Source of the DNA: Xylella taiwanensis
Lineage (GTDB): Bacteria; Pseudomonadota; Gammaproteobacteria; Xanthomonadales; Xanthomonadaceae
DNA length: 32,000 bases
Assembly (NCBI RefSeq): GCF_013177435.1
Contig: NZ_CP053627.1
Coordinates: 2,190,001 to 2,222,000, forward strand
Direction of reading: 5' to 3'
In this document: positions 1-9,245 of the stretch, piece by piece
How the letters are laid out: every line of letters starts with the position of its first letter
How positions within the stretch are numbered: the first letter of the stretch is position 1
Position numbers and translations under genes: made by a program
The notes under the pieces: generated by a model
Told to the model about the DNA's origin: nothing
Database searches by the model: none
The model's input: only the letters and a program-made list of their open reading frames with translations

Positions 1-1389
1 AAACAATGCCGGGGTCAGTCCGGCGGTATGCACCAGCGCCGCATCACCAAACACGTGATGAAAGATGCGCCATTGGGTGATGTCGGTATCTTGAAACTCA
101 TCGACAAGTGCGATCCGGTACTGTTCGCGCAGGCGCCGCACCAGGGTCAGGCCATACACGCCGTCCAGCGCCTGGGCTACACCTTCGATCAAATCGTCAT
201 AGGTCTGGACGCGACGTTGGCGTTTGAGCGCCGTCAGGCGCACCCGGGCCTCTGCACGCAACAGATGCAGACGACGTAAGCGACGCTGTGCGCGAGCCAC
301 GTCGACAGACACCAAAGCATCCAGGTAACGCTCCACCGCCCCGCTCACCGGGGAGATGGGCAGACGTCCGGCGCTATGCTTACGGGTGCCGGCCTGCAAT
401 GCTGCCGCCGTCAATGTCTCCAGCTTCGGATGTGGCACAGGACACGTCTCTGGTGCCACGGTCCAGCGCTCCAGCCAGTCGGACAGCTCGTTCAGCGCAT
501 CAGGTTTGTAGCTGGTCTTGCTGAGGACGCCATCTTCCAAAGCCGTGTGCAGTGCGATGCGTAACGCCGCGCCATGTGCCTGCCAGACATGGCGCAACGT
601 GGCTTCAGCGGTGGCAAGCGCAGCATCGCCCATCCCCACCGCATTCTCCTGTGATGGCACCGGGTACAAGCGCGGCTGGTACAGCAGGTCACCTAGGTCC
701 TGAGCCAGCATCTCCGCCCCACCGGGCCACAGGTGTATCAGGTCATCGACGGCCTCCGCATCAGCCATCCCTTGACGCCACAGATCGGTGGCCAGCTCGT
801 GCAGTAGATCACGGTCACTGGCCAACAACGTGGGTGGGGTGAAGCTTTGCCCGGCCTCCAGCGCATGCTCACACAGCACCCGTGCGCAAAAGCCATGAAT
901 GGTGAAAATCGCAGCCAGGTCGATTTCGTCGGCCGCCTGTTGCAAACGCCAGCGTAAGGTCTCTGGCGTCTCATCACTGGCCGCCAGGTAGGTACGCAGG
1001 ATATGCAGGCTCAACGCCACATCCGGCGCTTCAGGTGACGCGAGACCAGCGACCACAGGAGTCACGCGGGTCACATGCTGCGCTGGGGCATCCACTCTGC
1101 CATCCGGCACCTGCGGCTGTTGGGACGCAACGGTCACCAGCCCCGCAGCGGCGTGCGGCACCAGGCGGGCGGCCAGGACCAGGCGTTCGCGGATCCGGGT
1201 GCGTAACTCCTGGGTCGCCGCATCCGTGAAGGTCACCGCCAGAATGTGGCCGATGCGTAAGCCACGCTCGACAATCAGCCGGGTCACCAGGGTCGCCATC
1301 GTGAAGGTTTTGCCGGTCCCCGCGGAGGCTTCGATGAGACGCACGCCTTGCAACGGCAAGGTCAGATAGGGGTCAGGCGCGGCGCTCAT
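1..1389 (-). CDS. recB: Exodeoxyribonuclease V beta subunit RecB, N-terminal 463 codons; the gene runs off the window start
   Basis: Not in the ORF track because it is open at the window edge. Hand translation from the ATG at 1389 gives MSAAPDPYLTLPLQGVRLIEASAGTGKTFTMATLVTRLIVERG (Walker A). Near position 100 it reads YRIALVDEFQDTDITQW (UvrD-type helicase motif II). The ATG overlaps the recC stop (ATGA), as expected for a recC-recB operon. Confidence 0.9.
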   Translation of the reverse strand, partial: MSAAPDPYLTLPLQGVRLIEASAGTGKTFTMATLVTRLIVERGLRIGHILAVTFTDAATQELRTRIRERLVLAARLVPHAAAGLVTVASQQPQVPDGRVDAPAQHVTRVTPVVAGLASPEAPDVALSLHILRTYLAASDETPETLRWRLQQAADEIDLAAIFTIHGFCARVLCEHALEAGQSFTPPTLLASDRDLLHELATDLWRQGMADAEAVDDLIHLWPGGAEMLAQDLGDLLYQPRLYPVPSQENAVGMGDAALATAEATLRHVWQAHGAALRIALHTALEDGVLSKTSYKPDALNELSDWLERWTVAPETCPVPHPKLETLTAAALQAGTRKHSAGRLPISPVSGAVERYLDALVSVDVARAQRRLRRLHLLRAEARVRLTALKRQRRVQTYDDLIEGVAQALDGVYGLTLVRRLREQYRIALVDEFQDTDITQWRIFHHVFGDAALVHTAGLTPALF

Positions 1390-4300
1390 GGCTGTAGATC
1401 CAGCCAAGTCAACGTATCCGGATCGGCATGACCGGTCGTGAGTGCGTCAAACACTACGGTTGCCAACTGTGCAAAGCGTGCCGCATCTTCCGGGGTGGCG
1501 AACGGATCGCGCCCGCGCAGTGCTAATTGCACCGCCGCAGTGCTCCCTTCGCCCCATTGATGTTCGTTACCACGCCAGCGTTCACGCGCGGCCGTCCATG
1601 CCCGCTCGGGCGTCTGGCGAAGTGTGTAGTACTCCCAGCCACTATGCGGGCCGAAGGCCAGCGGTTGGCGTAGGCCAACGGCCCGCAGGCGGAGCAGAAG
1701 CGTCAGTGCCGCATGGGCCTGCGAACTCGGCAGGAGCGGTTGTATATGCGGGCCCAAGCCAGCAACACCGGCATCCTCGAAGCGGACCAGCGACCCCGTT
1801 TGGCCGGCGGCGCTGGCCAACAGCCAATCCAATCCCTGACGCAATGCCGCCGGACCGTTGCGGGTGCCCAGGCGCAGCCGTGCCATTCCCTGCGGGTAGA
1901 CGTCCTGAATCCGTCCGTGCAGACGCACGCCGTCGATCGTCACCTCCAGCCACTGTGACTGCGACGGTGCTGTACCACGCCACTGTGCGAATGCTTGGGC
2001 ATAAGGGCGCACGGATTCGATGCGCTCCCGCAGTTGCCGTTCGCCCAAGGGACCAGAGGGCAGCAGCGCGCGCGCGCGCAACCGTAGGTACAAGGTGCTC
2101 TCCGCACCATCAAGCAGGTAGGCAAACACCAGGGTGTCGAGTCGATGGCGGTCCAGTCCGTGGCTGGGCAGCCATAAGGGTTCGCACTCCTCGGTCGCTT
2201 GAGGCGGTTCGGGCAAGCGCAGCCCCAGGCGCTGCTGCAGGAACTGTTCTGTAGGTGCGCTGAAGAAGCGCCGCAACATGTCTAGTGGCAGGGAGGATTC
2301 CGGCTCTGGAAGCGCCGGCAGTCGGGTGTGACTCCATGGTTCTAAAGGCTGTCGGTGTCCCCCGATACTCGCCGCGGCAGCGTGCCACAAGGGGTGGTAG
2401 CTGAAGCGGCGGGGATCGCCGCCGGCGCCAAACGCAATGGGGGCGAATGGCTGTAGTGAATGTCGCAGTAGGAGTGTTTTGGCCGCCGCACTCGGGTCGG
2501 CATGGTACGCCGCTGCGGTGCCGAGCAACTCTGTAACTAATGGGGAAGGCTCGCGTACGTTGCCGTCACGGGGATCGGCGCCGAGGTAGCTCACGTAGAA
2601 CACGTCCTGCGCCGCGGTGAACAATTGAAGAAACAGAAAGCAGTCGTCGTCACGCCGGGAACGATCACCGGGGCGACGCTGCGACGTGCCAAGTTCGGCA
2701 GTCAGACGATTGAGCCCCGCTGCCGGATCACGACGCGGGAAGTCGCCATCGTTCATGCCTAACAGGCAAATCACCCGGAACGGAAGTAGTCGCATGGGAA
2801 CCATCCGGCCAATGCTGATGCCACCGGTGAGTAAGGGCGCACGGGTATCGACTGCGGCCAGTAGCGCGGTGAAGTGCATACGCACTACTTCGGCAGGCAC
2901 AGGCAACGCCACTCCGGCACGTGCAGCATCACTGGCAAAGGTGTCGATCAGCCTGCGTAGGCGCTCTAAGATACGCTGCTTGTCGGGTGCAATCGGCATG
3001 TCCGGCAGCAATGCATCAAGCAGGCCGAGCAAGCGCTCCCGCCATTGCGCCGGTAAGAGGGCCTCACCCAGGCGTTGCCGGGTCTGCGCCAGGACGCGCA
3101 GCAATCGGATCAGTGTGTCCAATGCGGTCAGCATGCCACCTTCCAGATCCGGCCAGGTGGCAACGCCGACGATGTCGGCATCCTCGCCGCTGGCGTGACC
3201 CAGCAACAGGCGGTCCAGTGCAAAGCGCCAGGTGTAGGCGTCGTCAGCCGGGGCCTGATGCTGGGCGCGGTGGGCGGCATCCAGCGCCCAGCGCGCGCCG
3301 GCGGCAGTCAGCCAACTTCGCAGGCGCTCCAAGGTATACGTGTCAAAGCCGGCAGGCAGGCTGGCGAACAGATCCAGCACTTCGTGCAGACCGAAGCGTG
3401 AGACTGGCAAATCAAGCAGACGCAGGAACACCTCGGCCAGCGGTTCTTCAATGAGTGGGCTGGCATCGGCCAGTGCATATGGCAGTGGGTCGGGATGGCC
3501 ATGACCACCGAATACCGCTTCCAGATAGGGGATGTAGAGATCGATATCCGGCGCCAACACGGCAATGTCACGCGGTTGCAAGGGCGGGTGGCAACGCTGT
3601 CCTTCCGGCGAGGTTGGCTCCAGTAAGGCGCGAAGCCGGTCGTGCAGTACTTGGAGTTCGCGGAGCCGGGTATGGCAGGCGTGAAACTGCAGACTGGGGT
3701 CCTCCAGACGCGGTGCTGGCAAGGGGGCGGGAACAGGGACCGAACGGTTGTGGAATAGATCCGCGTGCAGACGCTGCAGCAGGCTATCGCGCAGGCCGCC
3801 CTCGTCCAATGTGGCACCTGGACGTTGTTCCGGATCGTCGTATGCCGTGATTTCACCGGAGGGATGGACGACTTCGTAGCTCCCCAACATGGCCATGAAA
3901 TCACGCCCTGCGGCACCCCAGGCATGTAGCAGGCGGTTCTCTCCGGTCTGGCTGAGGAAGGGGGCAGTCTGGTGCAAGCGTTGGCCCCACGTCTGCACAT
4001 CACCACAATATTCTTGCGTCGGCGTCGGTAGGTAAAAGTGAAGTGTGCCAACCTGTGCCTGGGTCGCCAGGACGCGTAATACATCCGGGGAGATGTTGAT
4101 CGTGGCGAAAATAAACAGTCGCGCAGGCAATCCTTGTGGCCTTTGCGCTGTACCTGGGCCATAACGATTCAGGTACTCCTGGATGCGGTGTGCCCGGTAT
4201 GTCGTACCGCTCACTATGTGCCTCCATAGGATGGCCTGCGGATCGTCGGGATCTGCGCCCGCCTCCCAGCGCAGCAGCCAGTCACAACGCCAAGCCTGGT

Positions 4301-4736
4301 ATTTTTCGAATACCCCACTCAATTCTTCAGCCAATGTCCAAGGTTTGAAGGCGTCGCCATCAGCCAGGTAAGCGCGTAATTCAGCCAGTGCCGGCTGCGC
4401 CAGCAATGCTGGATCACACAACGCCGCATACAGCCGCCAACGTAACGCGGCTGCATCCAAAGTGTTCGGCAACGCACCTAGGTTGGCTTCCAAAGCACGG
4501 GCAACGAACTCGCCCGGGGTGAGAAATTCCAGATTAGCCACCACTCCATGCGTGGTAGCCAGCGTGGCTTGCAACCAACGCCGCACGGCCGCCTGTGGAA
4601 TCAATACGGTATCTGGGACTAACAGCGACTGACCTGGCACCGGGGTCTGCAACGTTTCGGCCAGCAGTCCCGCCAGAACTTCGAGTGCATTAGAGTGGTA
4701 TAGGCGAAAGTCGGTGGTGACCATCATCGGAAACAT
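1386..4736 (-). CDS. recC: Exodeoxyribonuclease V gamma subunit RecC
   Basis: 1116-aa ORF. The N-terminus (FRLYHSNALEVLAGLL) resembles the E. coli RecC start. Length and position directly upstream of recB fit recC. The exact start is uncertain among the first few Met codons. Confidence 0.93.
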   Translation of the reverse strand: MFPMMVTTDFRLYHSNALEVLAGLLAETLQTPVPGQSLLVPDTVLIPQAAVRRWLQATLATTHGVVANLEFLTPGEFVARALEANLGALPNTLDAAALRWRLYAALCDPALLAQPALAELRAYLADGDAFKPWTLAEELSGVFEKYQAWRCDWLLRWEAGADPDDPQAILWRHIVSGTTYRAHRIQEYLNRYGPGTAQRPQGLPARLFIFATINISPDVLRVLATQAQVGTLHFYLPTPTQEYCGDVQTWGQRLHQTAPFLSQTGENRLLHAWGAAGRDFMAMLGSYEVVHPSGEITAYDDPEQRPGATLDEGGLRDSLLQRLHADLFHNRSVPVPAPLPAPRLEDPSLQFHACHTRLRELQVLHDRLRALLEPTSPEGQRCHPPLQPRDIAVLAPDIDLYIPYLEAVFGGHGHPDPLPYALADASPLIEEPLAEVFLRLLDLPVSRFGLHEVLDLFASLPAGFDTYTLERLRSWLTAAGARWALDAAHRAQHQAPADDAYTWRFALDRLLLGHASGEDADIVGVATWPDLEGGMLTALDTLIRLLRVLAQTRQRLGEALLPAQWRERLLGLLDALLPDMPIAPDKQRILERLRRLIDTFASDAARAGVALPVPAEVVRMHFTALLAAVDTRAPLLTGGISIGRMVPMRLLPFRVICLLGMNDGDFPRRDPAAGLNRLTAELGTSQRRPGDRSRRDDDCFLFLQLFTAAQDVFYVSYLGADPRDGNVREPSPLVTELLGTAAAYHADPSAAAKTLLLRHSLQPFAPIAFGAGGDPRRFSYHPLWHAAAASIGGHRQPLEPWSHTRLPALPEPESSLPLDMLRRFFSAPTEQFLQQRLGLRLPEPPQATEECEPLWLPSHGLDRHRLDTLVFAYLLDGAESTLYLRLRARALLPSGPLGERQLRERIESVRPYAQAFAQWRGTAPSQSQWLEVTIDGVRLHGRIQDVYPQGMARLRLGTRNGPAALRQGLDWLLASAAGQTGSLVRFEDAGVAGLGPHIQPLLPSSQAHAALTLLLRLRAVGLRQPLAFGPHSGWEYYTLRQTPERAWTAARERWRGNEHQWGEGSTAAVQLALRGRDPFATPEDAARFAQLATVVFDALTTGHADPDTLTWLDLQP

Positions 4737-4946
4737 CTTGCCGCAGCAGGCTCACAGCGCAACGCGTCATGCAAGCTGAATCGTTTGGGGCGTTCCGTCA
4801 TTTTAAAGAAAATTGCTATAACGTCACAATTAGGCAATGCGGCCTAACATTATGCCCCCCCAAATGACACAAACGATTTTCCGCCTGCGATGGCGTTCAT
4901 GCCTGAACGGATCGAAGGCTATCGTATTCAGTTAATTGAAGGAGAT

Positions 4947-4969
4947 ATTAACATATTTTTTATGTTAAT
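4947..4969. repeat. Perfect 9-bp inverted repeat ATTAACATA-TTTTT-TATGTTAAT just upstream of mlaF
   Basis: Read directly from the sequence. It lies between a GGAG at 4941-4944 and the mlaF ATG at 4979. Function unknown; operator or RNA hairpin are both possible. Confidence 0.6.
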
Positions 4970-4978
4970 CTGCAAGCG

Positions 4979-5773
4979 ATGATGCTTCCCACTCCTGCCG
5001 TTCAATTGTCCGGTGTCCGTATCGACCGCGGCGGGCGTACGATTCTGCGCGATGTTGCGTTACAGGTGCCGCACGGCAGCATTACCACGATGTTAGGCCC
5101 ATCCGGGAGTGGCAAGTCAACCATGCTCGCCGCACTGACCGGCGAGCTTCGCCCGATCACCGGGAAAATCCAGCTGTTCGGGCGTGATATCCCACAGGGG
5201 AACCGGGCACTGTTAGAAATGCGGCGCAACTTGGGTGTATTACTCCAGGGCAACGGCTTGTTGACCGATCTGAACGTGGCTGAAAACGTCGCGTTGCCAC
5301 TGCGCACTCATACCCGAATGCCAGAACTACTGCTGCAACGGCTCGTCCTGATGAAACTACACGCCGTTGGCCTGCGCGCCGCCGCCGAAGCCATGCCGCG
5401 CGAGTTATCCGGTGGCATGGCGCGGCGTGTGGCGCTCGCACGCGCGCTGGCGCTGGATCCGCCCCTGATGATCTACGACGAGCCACTGACAGGTTTGGAC
5501 CCAATTGCCAGTGGTGTCATCGTGAGTCTGATCAAACGCCTCAACGACAGTCTCGGCTTGACCACGATCATCGTCAGCCATCACGTACACGAGACCCTGC
5601 CAATCTGCGACCAAGCGGTGGTGATCGCTAATAACACCATCATCTTCACCGGGACACCTGCGCAACTGGAAACGAGCAACGATGCGCTGGTGCGCCAGTT
5701 TTTACATGGGCAACCGGACGGACCAATCCCCTTCGATGCAGCACCACGCACATCCAACGGGAGTTCCGCCTGA
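4979..5773 (+). CDS. mlaF: Phospholipid ABC transporter ATP-binding protein MlaF
   Basis: 264 aa with Walker A GPSGSGKST, signature LSGGMARRVALARA and Walker B LMIYDEP. First gene of an mlaFEDCB-like cluster. Confidence 0.9.
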   Translation: MMLPTPAVQLSGVRIDRGGRTILRDVALQVPHGSITTMLGPSGSGKSTMLAALTGELRPITGKIQLFGRDIPQGNRALLEMRRNLGVLLQGNGLLTDLNVAENVALPLRTHTRMPELLLQRLVLMKLHAVGLRAAAEAMPRELSGGMARRVALARALALDPPLMIYDEPLTGLDPIASGVIVSLIKRLNDSLGLTTIIVSHHVHETLPICDQAVVIANNTIIFTGTPAQLETSNDALVRQFLHGQPDGPIPFDAAPRTSNGSSA

Positions 5774-6522
5774 TGCCACTGGTGTCCTCAATCCATGCGC
5801 TTGGCCGCTCTGGTCTGTTCGCGCTGACTGTACTGCGCAGCTCGCTCCCCACACGCGACTTCTTTGCCGAACTGACCCGTGAGATCTATAAGGTCGGTGC
5901 GCGCTCACTACCGATCATCGCTGTGGGAGGCGCATTCGTCGGCTTGGTACTGACACTGCAAGGCTACCGCACACTCACCCTCTACGGCGCCTCAGACGCG
6001 CTGTCCACGCTCCTGGGCCTATCGCTGTATCGCGAACTAGCCCCGGTACTGACCGCACTGCTTTTCATCGGACGTGCTGGCAGCTCAGTCGCCGCCGAAC
6101 TGAGCCTGATGCGCGCCACTGATCAGATCAAGGCACTGGAACTGATGGCCATCGACCCGGTAGCCAAAGCAGTGGCCCCGCGCTTTTGGGCGGCAGTATT
6201 CACCGTGCCGCTACTCACAGGAGTCTTCTGCTCACTGGCCATCTGCGGTGGCTACTTCCAAGCGGTGCATGTGTTAGGCATCGACAATGGTCTGTTCTGG
6301 TCAGGACTGCGCAACAGCGTGGACTTTTTGGATGATTTCGGCGTAGCCATGCTCAAATCAGCGATCTTTGGTGGCACATCGGCACTCGTGGCAGCTTATG
6401 TGGGTTTTCATGCTGAACCGACCATCGAAGGCACCTCGATAGCAACCACGCGTGCAGTCGTCAACGCCTCACTGCTGGTATTGATGTTTAACTTCGTGCT
6501 ATCGGCACTGTTATTCCGATAA
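5773..6522 (+). CDS. mlaE: Phospholipid ABC transporter permease MlaE
   Basis: 249-aa multi-pass membrane protein. Its ATG overlaps the mlaF stop by 1 nt (TGATG). Position and hydrophobic profile match MlaE/Ttg2B. Confidence 0.9.
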   Translation: MPLVSSIHALGRSGLFALTVLRSSLPTRDFFAELTREIYKVGARSLPIIAVGGAFVGLVLTLQGYRTLTLYGASDALSTLLGLSLYRELAPVLTALLFIGRAGSSVAAELSLMRATDQIKALELMAIDPVAKAVAPRFWAAVFTVPLLTGVFCSLAICGGYFQAVHVLGIDNGLFWSGLRNSVDFLDDFGVAMLKSAIFGGTSALVAAYVGFHAEPTIEGTSIATTRAVVNASLLVLMFNFVLSALLFR

Positions 6523-6643
6523 TCCTAATCCGGCTTCCCTACATGCAAGAATCAGTATTTTCCTACGTAAGAAATACAAGTGAAAAATTGCTCCAATCCA
6601 TCCATGTCGGAGCATTTGTTGGATCAACAGTGAGATCACCCTA

Positions 6644-7183
6644 GTGATGCGTGGACCAAGACTCGAATTCGCCGTCGGTGCCTTTCTGCTACTGACCCTC
6701 GTCTCGCTACTGGTGCTGGCAGTCGCTTCCACCAACCAACGCTGGAGTGTGGGCAGCGGCCAATACACGCTAACCGCTCACTTCACCCAAATTGGACAAC
6801 TGCGCAAGCAGGCACCAGTACGTATCAGCGGAGTCAACATCGGCCAAGTGAGTAACATCACCCTGGATCCGAAGACCTTTGAATCGGTGGTCACGCTGTC
6901 ACTAGACAACCAATACAAAGATCTGCCGGCCGACACCTCAGCGAGCATTCTGACTAGTGGCCTCCTCGGCGAGAGCTACATCAACTTGCTGCCTGGCGGT
7001 GACCCGGAAGTGCTCAAACCCGGCGACCAGATCGCCTTCACCCAGCCAGCAGTGGATTTGATCCAGTTGGTCGGCAAATACATGTTCAGCGGTGGCGGTG
7101 ATACATCCGCATCCAACAGCACCACCAGCAAAACTGATCACACTGCCTCCTCCCATACAGACACTCAAGAAACACATAAATGA
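6644..7183 (+). CDS. mlaD: MCE-domain periplasmic protein MlaD
   Basis: 179 aa with an N-terminal TM helix (FAVGAFLLLTLVSLLVLAV) followed by an MCE-type domain (PVRISGVNIGQVSNITLD). The start is GTG 6644 or ATG 6647. The C-terminus is Ser/Thr-rich and low in complexity. Confidence 0.85.
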   Translation: MMRGPRLEFAVGAFLLLTLVSLLVLAVASTNQRWSVGSGQYTLTAHFTQIGQLRKQAPVRISGVNIGQVSNITLDPKTFESVVTLSLDNQYKDLPADTSASILTSGLLGESYINLLPGGDPEVLKPGDQIAFTQPAVDLIQLVGKYMFSGGGDTSASNSTTSKTDHTASSHTDTQETHK

Positions 7184-7836
7184 AGACCACACTGTTCTCC
7201 ATCATGCTCGCCTATGCTCTACCAATCGCATTTCCAGCCATGATGCTGGCACAGGCATCACCGACCGCCACCGCCAATCAAGGCCAAGCCACCAAGACGG
7301 TGATTGACTCCAGCATGCGCATCTTGTCCACACTGGAACAGCAGCGTGCCCAATTTCGCCAGGACCCAACAGCGCTGCGTCAGTTCATGGAGACTGAATT
7401 CAACACTATTCTCGATCGTGATTACGCCGCACGTTTGGTTCTAGGGAAATACGCCCGCGGCGCATCCGACGCCGACGTAAAGCTGTTTACCGACGCAATT
7501 GCCGACAATCTCATACAGCGTTACGGTAACACTCTGCTTACCTTCGAGGGTAAACCGAATTTCCGCGCCAAGTCCGAGACCCTCCTACCAGGCAATCGTA
7601 ATGTCAGAGTCTCCACAGAACTGATCCGTTCCGGAGCTGACCCAATTGCAGTCGACTACCTGCTACGCAATGTTAACGGCCAATGGAAGATCTTCGACGT
7701 CATGATCGAAGGCATTTCTTACGTGCAAACCTTCAGAAATCAGTTCGACGCGCCGCTGCGCCAAAAGGGGATTACGCAAGTTGCCGCAGACCTGCGTAAT
7801 GGCGCCCTACAGATCGGGAAGACCAGTGGTAAGTGA
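7180..7836 (+). CDS. mlaC: Periplasmic phospholipid-binding protein MlaC (Ttg2D family)
   Basis: 218 aa with a signal peptide (MKTTLFSIMLAYALPIAFPAMMLAQA). ATGA overlap with the mlaD stop. Operon position matches MlaC. Confidence 0.85.
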   Translation: MKTTLFSIMLAYALPIAFPAMMLAQASPTATANQGQATKTVIDSSMRILSTLEQQRAQFRQDPTALRQFMETEFNTILDRDYAARLVLGKYARGASDADVKLFTDAIADNLIQRYGNTLLTFEGKPNFRAKSETLLPGNRNVRVSTELIRSGADPIAVDYLLRNVNGQWKIFDVMIEGISYVQTFRNQFDAPLRQKGITQVAADLRNGALQIGKTSGK

Positions 7837-8128
7837 AACTACCCTACATCGCGACGGCAAAGCGCTTGTGCTAAGCGGCCCCCTCAACCGCGATGCGGCC
7901 ATCACGTTATGGCCTAAGATCCAAGCACAAAGTAAAAGCAATGGTGTGTGCCAACTCGATCTGACCGGCGTCGAATGCTTGGACAGCACCGGTGTGGCGC
8001 TGCTTGCCGAACTGTTGGAGGAGATCCGTGTCCAAGGCAACCTGCCGGTCATAGTGGGCCACCCACCCGGTCTCGACGAGCTTCTCGCCGCCTACAGAAT
8101 GTCCTCCGACCTGCAATTCCAGTCCTGA
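7826..8128 (+). CDS. mlaB: STAS-domain protein MlaB
   Basis: The ORF is open from 7781, but the in-frame GTG at 7826 gives MVSETTLHRDGKALVLSGPLNRD. This lines up with the E. coli MlaB N-terminus as I recall it (MSESLSW..GDTLALSGELDQD). About 100 aa, typical MlaB size. The start codon choice is uncertain. Confidence 0.7.
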   Translation: MVSETTLHRDGKALVLSGPLNRDAAITLWPKIQAQSKSNGVCQLDLTGVECLDSTGVALLAELLEEIRVQGNLPVIVGHPPGLDELLAAYRMSSDLQFQS

Positions 8129-8142
8129 CCCGAAGACGTGCC

Positions 8143-9177
8143 ATGCATCACCCCCAAGCCCTGACCCTCATTGCCTCCTCATTGCTACTGGCGGCCTGTG
8201 CCAGCAAGGCAACGAAGTCCGTCACGCCAACAGTGACTGCCTTGGACACATCAATGCCCACCATGACCGTAACGCCCTACCCTCCTGCCAAGCCGCAAAC
8301 GACGGCAGCCACACCGGGCGCCCCCAACCCTGTGACTCCGGCAGCAGCAACAGACAACAACCCAGAAAATACACCGACCCAAGCTGAAGAAGACTACGCC
8401 GCACTTTACGGAGCCGTTTCACCGTCTGTCGGTCATTCCAATGCAAGCGTGAGCAACCCAACCGACACTTACGCTACCTACGATCCTTGGGAACGCTACA
8501 ACCGCGCCATGCACCAATTCAACATGGTCGTAGACCGTGATATCGCGCGGCCACTAGCTAACGCCTACGTACGTGTAGTGCCGAACAACGCGCAACGGGG
8601 TGTGACCAACTTTTTCGACAACCTTAGCTCACCACTGACCATGGTCAACCAAGTGCTGCAAAACCACCCGGTCTACGCATTACAGACACTGGGCCGGTTT
8701 CTGCTGAACTCCACTCTAGGGCTGGGTGGCGTCCTTGATCCAGCCAGCGCCGCTAAAATTCCGCGCCGCAACGAGAACTTTGGGCAAACTTTGGCAGTGT
8801 GGGGCTGGCACAACTCACGTTACTTCGAACTACCGCTGTTTGGACCGCGCACAGTGCGTGACACCTTCGGCTTGGCGGGTGACCTTCCACTGTCGCTATT
8901 GCGGCGGATCGATAACAACACGTGGCACTACGGCCTACAAGGCTTGCAACTCGTGGACACCCGTGCTCGGCTGTTATCGTTTGACAGCATACGTGACGAC
9001 GCCGTAGACGAGTACGCGCTAACACGCGATGCCTGGTTGCAACGCCGCAATTACCAGATCCAACGTGCCCTGCGCAGGCACCATCAAGACAATCATGAAC
9101 TACCCGACTACCTACGCGACGAATACAACTCCACGGTACCGGCAGATGCGATGCCAATCCCACGCTTGAGCCACTGA
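8143..9177 (+). CDS. mlaA: Outer-membrane lipoprotein MlaA/VacJ
   Basis: The in-frame ATG at 8143 gives MHHPQALTLIASSLLLAAC with a lipobox (LLAAC). The VacJ domain starts at DPWERYNRAMHQFN. The track ORF start at 7948 would overlap mlaB and adds Arg-rich junk. Confidence 0.85.
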   Translation: MHHPQALTLIASSLLLAACASKATKSVTPTVTALDTSMPTMTVTPYPPAKPQTTAATPGAPNPVTPAAATDNNPENTPTQAEEDYAALYGAVSPSVGHSNASVSNPTDTYATYDPWERYNRAMHQFNMVVDRDIARPLANAYVRVVPNNAQRGVTNFFDNLSSPLTMVNQVLQNHPVYALQTLGRFLLNSTLGLGGVLDPASAAKIPRRNENFGQTLAVWGWHNSRYFELPLFGPRTVRDTFGLAGDLPLSLLRRIDNNTWHYGLQGLQLVDTRARLLSFDSIRDDAVDEYALTRDAWLQRRNYQIQRALRRHHQDNHELPDYLRDEYNSTVPADAMPIPRLSH

Positions 9178-9229
9178 GCACCGCACCCAACACCCTAACA
9201 ACTCAAGATGCTGGTTGTAACACAGCGAC

Positions 9230-9245
9230 TGATCAAGCTTGATCA
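9230..9245. repeat. Perfect 16-bp palindrome TGATCAAGCTTGATCA
   Basis: Read directly. It sits 53 nt downstream of the mlaA stop, in a region with no assignable gene. Confidence 0.6.

Noticed and set aside
1442-4348. Many long ORFs overlapping recC on both strands, for example 1442-2254 plus (270 aa), 2686-3198 plus, 2921-3454 plus and 3308-4162 minus (284 aa).
   Set aside because: They lie inside a well-supported 1116-aa recC frame. Their products are Arg/Pro/Ala/Ser-rich low-complexity strings typical of shadow ORFs in GC-rich coding DNA, and none has a recognisable motif.
7948-8142. A 65-codon N-terminal extension of the mlaA ORF as given in the track.
   Set aside because: It would overlap mlaB almost completely and encodes Arg-rich sequence. 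The internal ATG at 8143 gives a textbook lipoprotein signal peptide.
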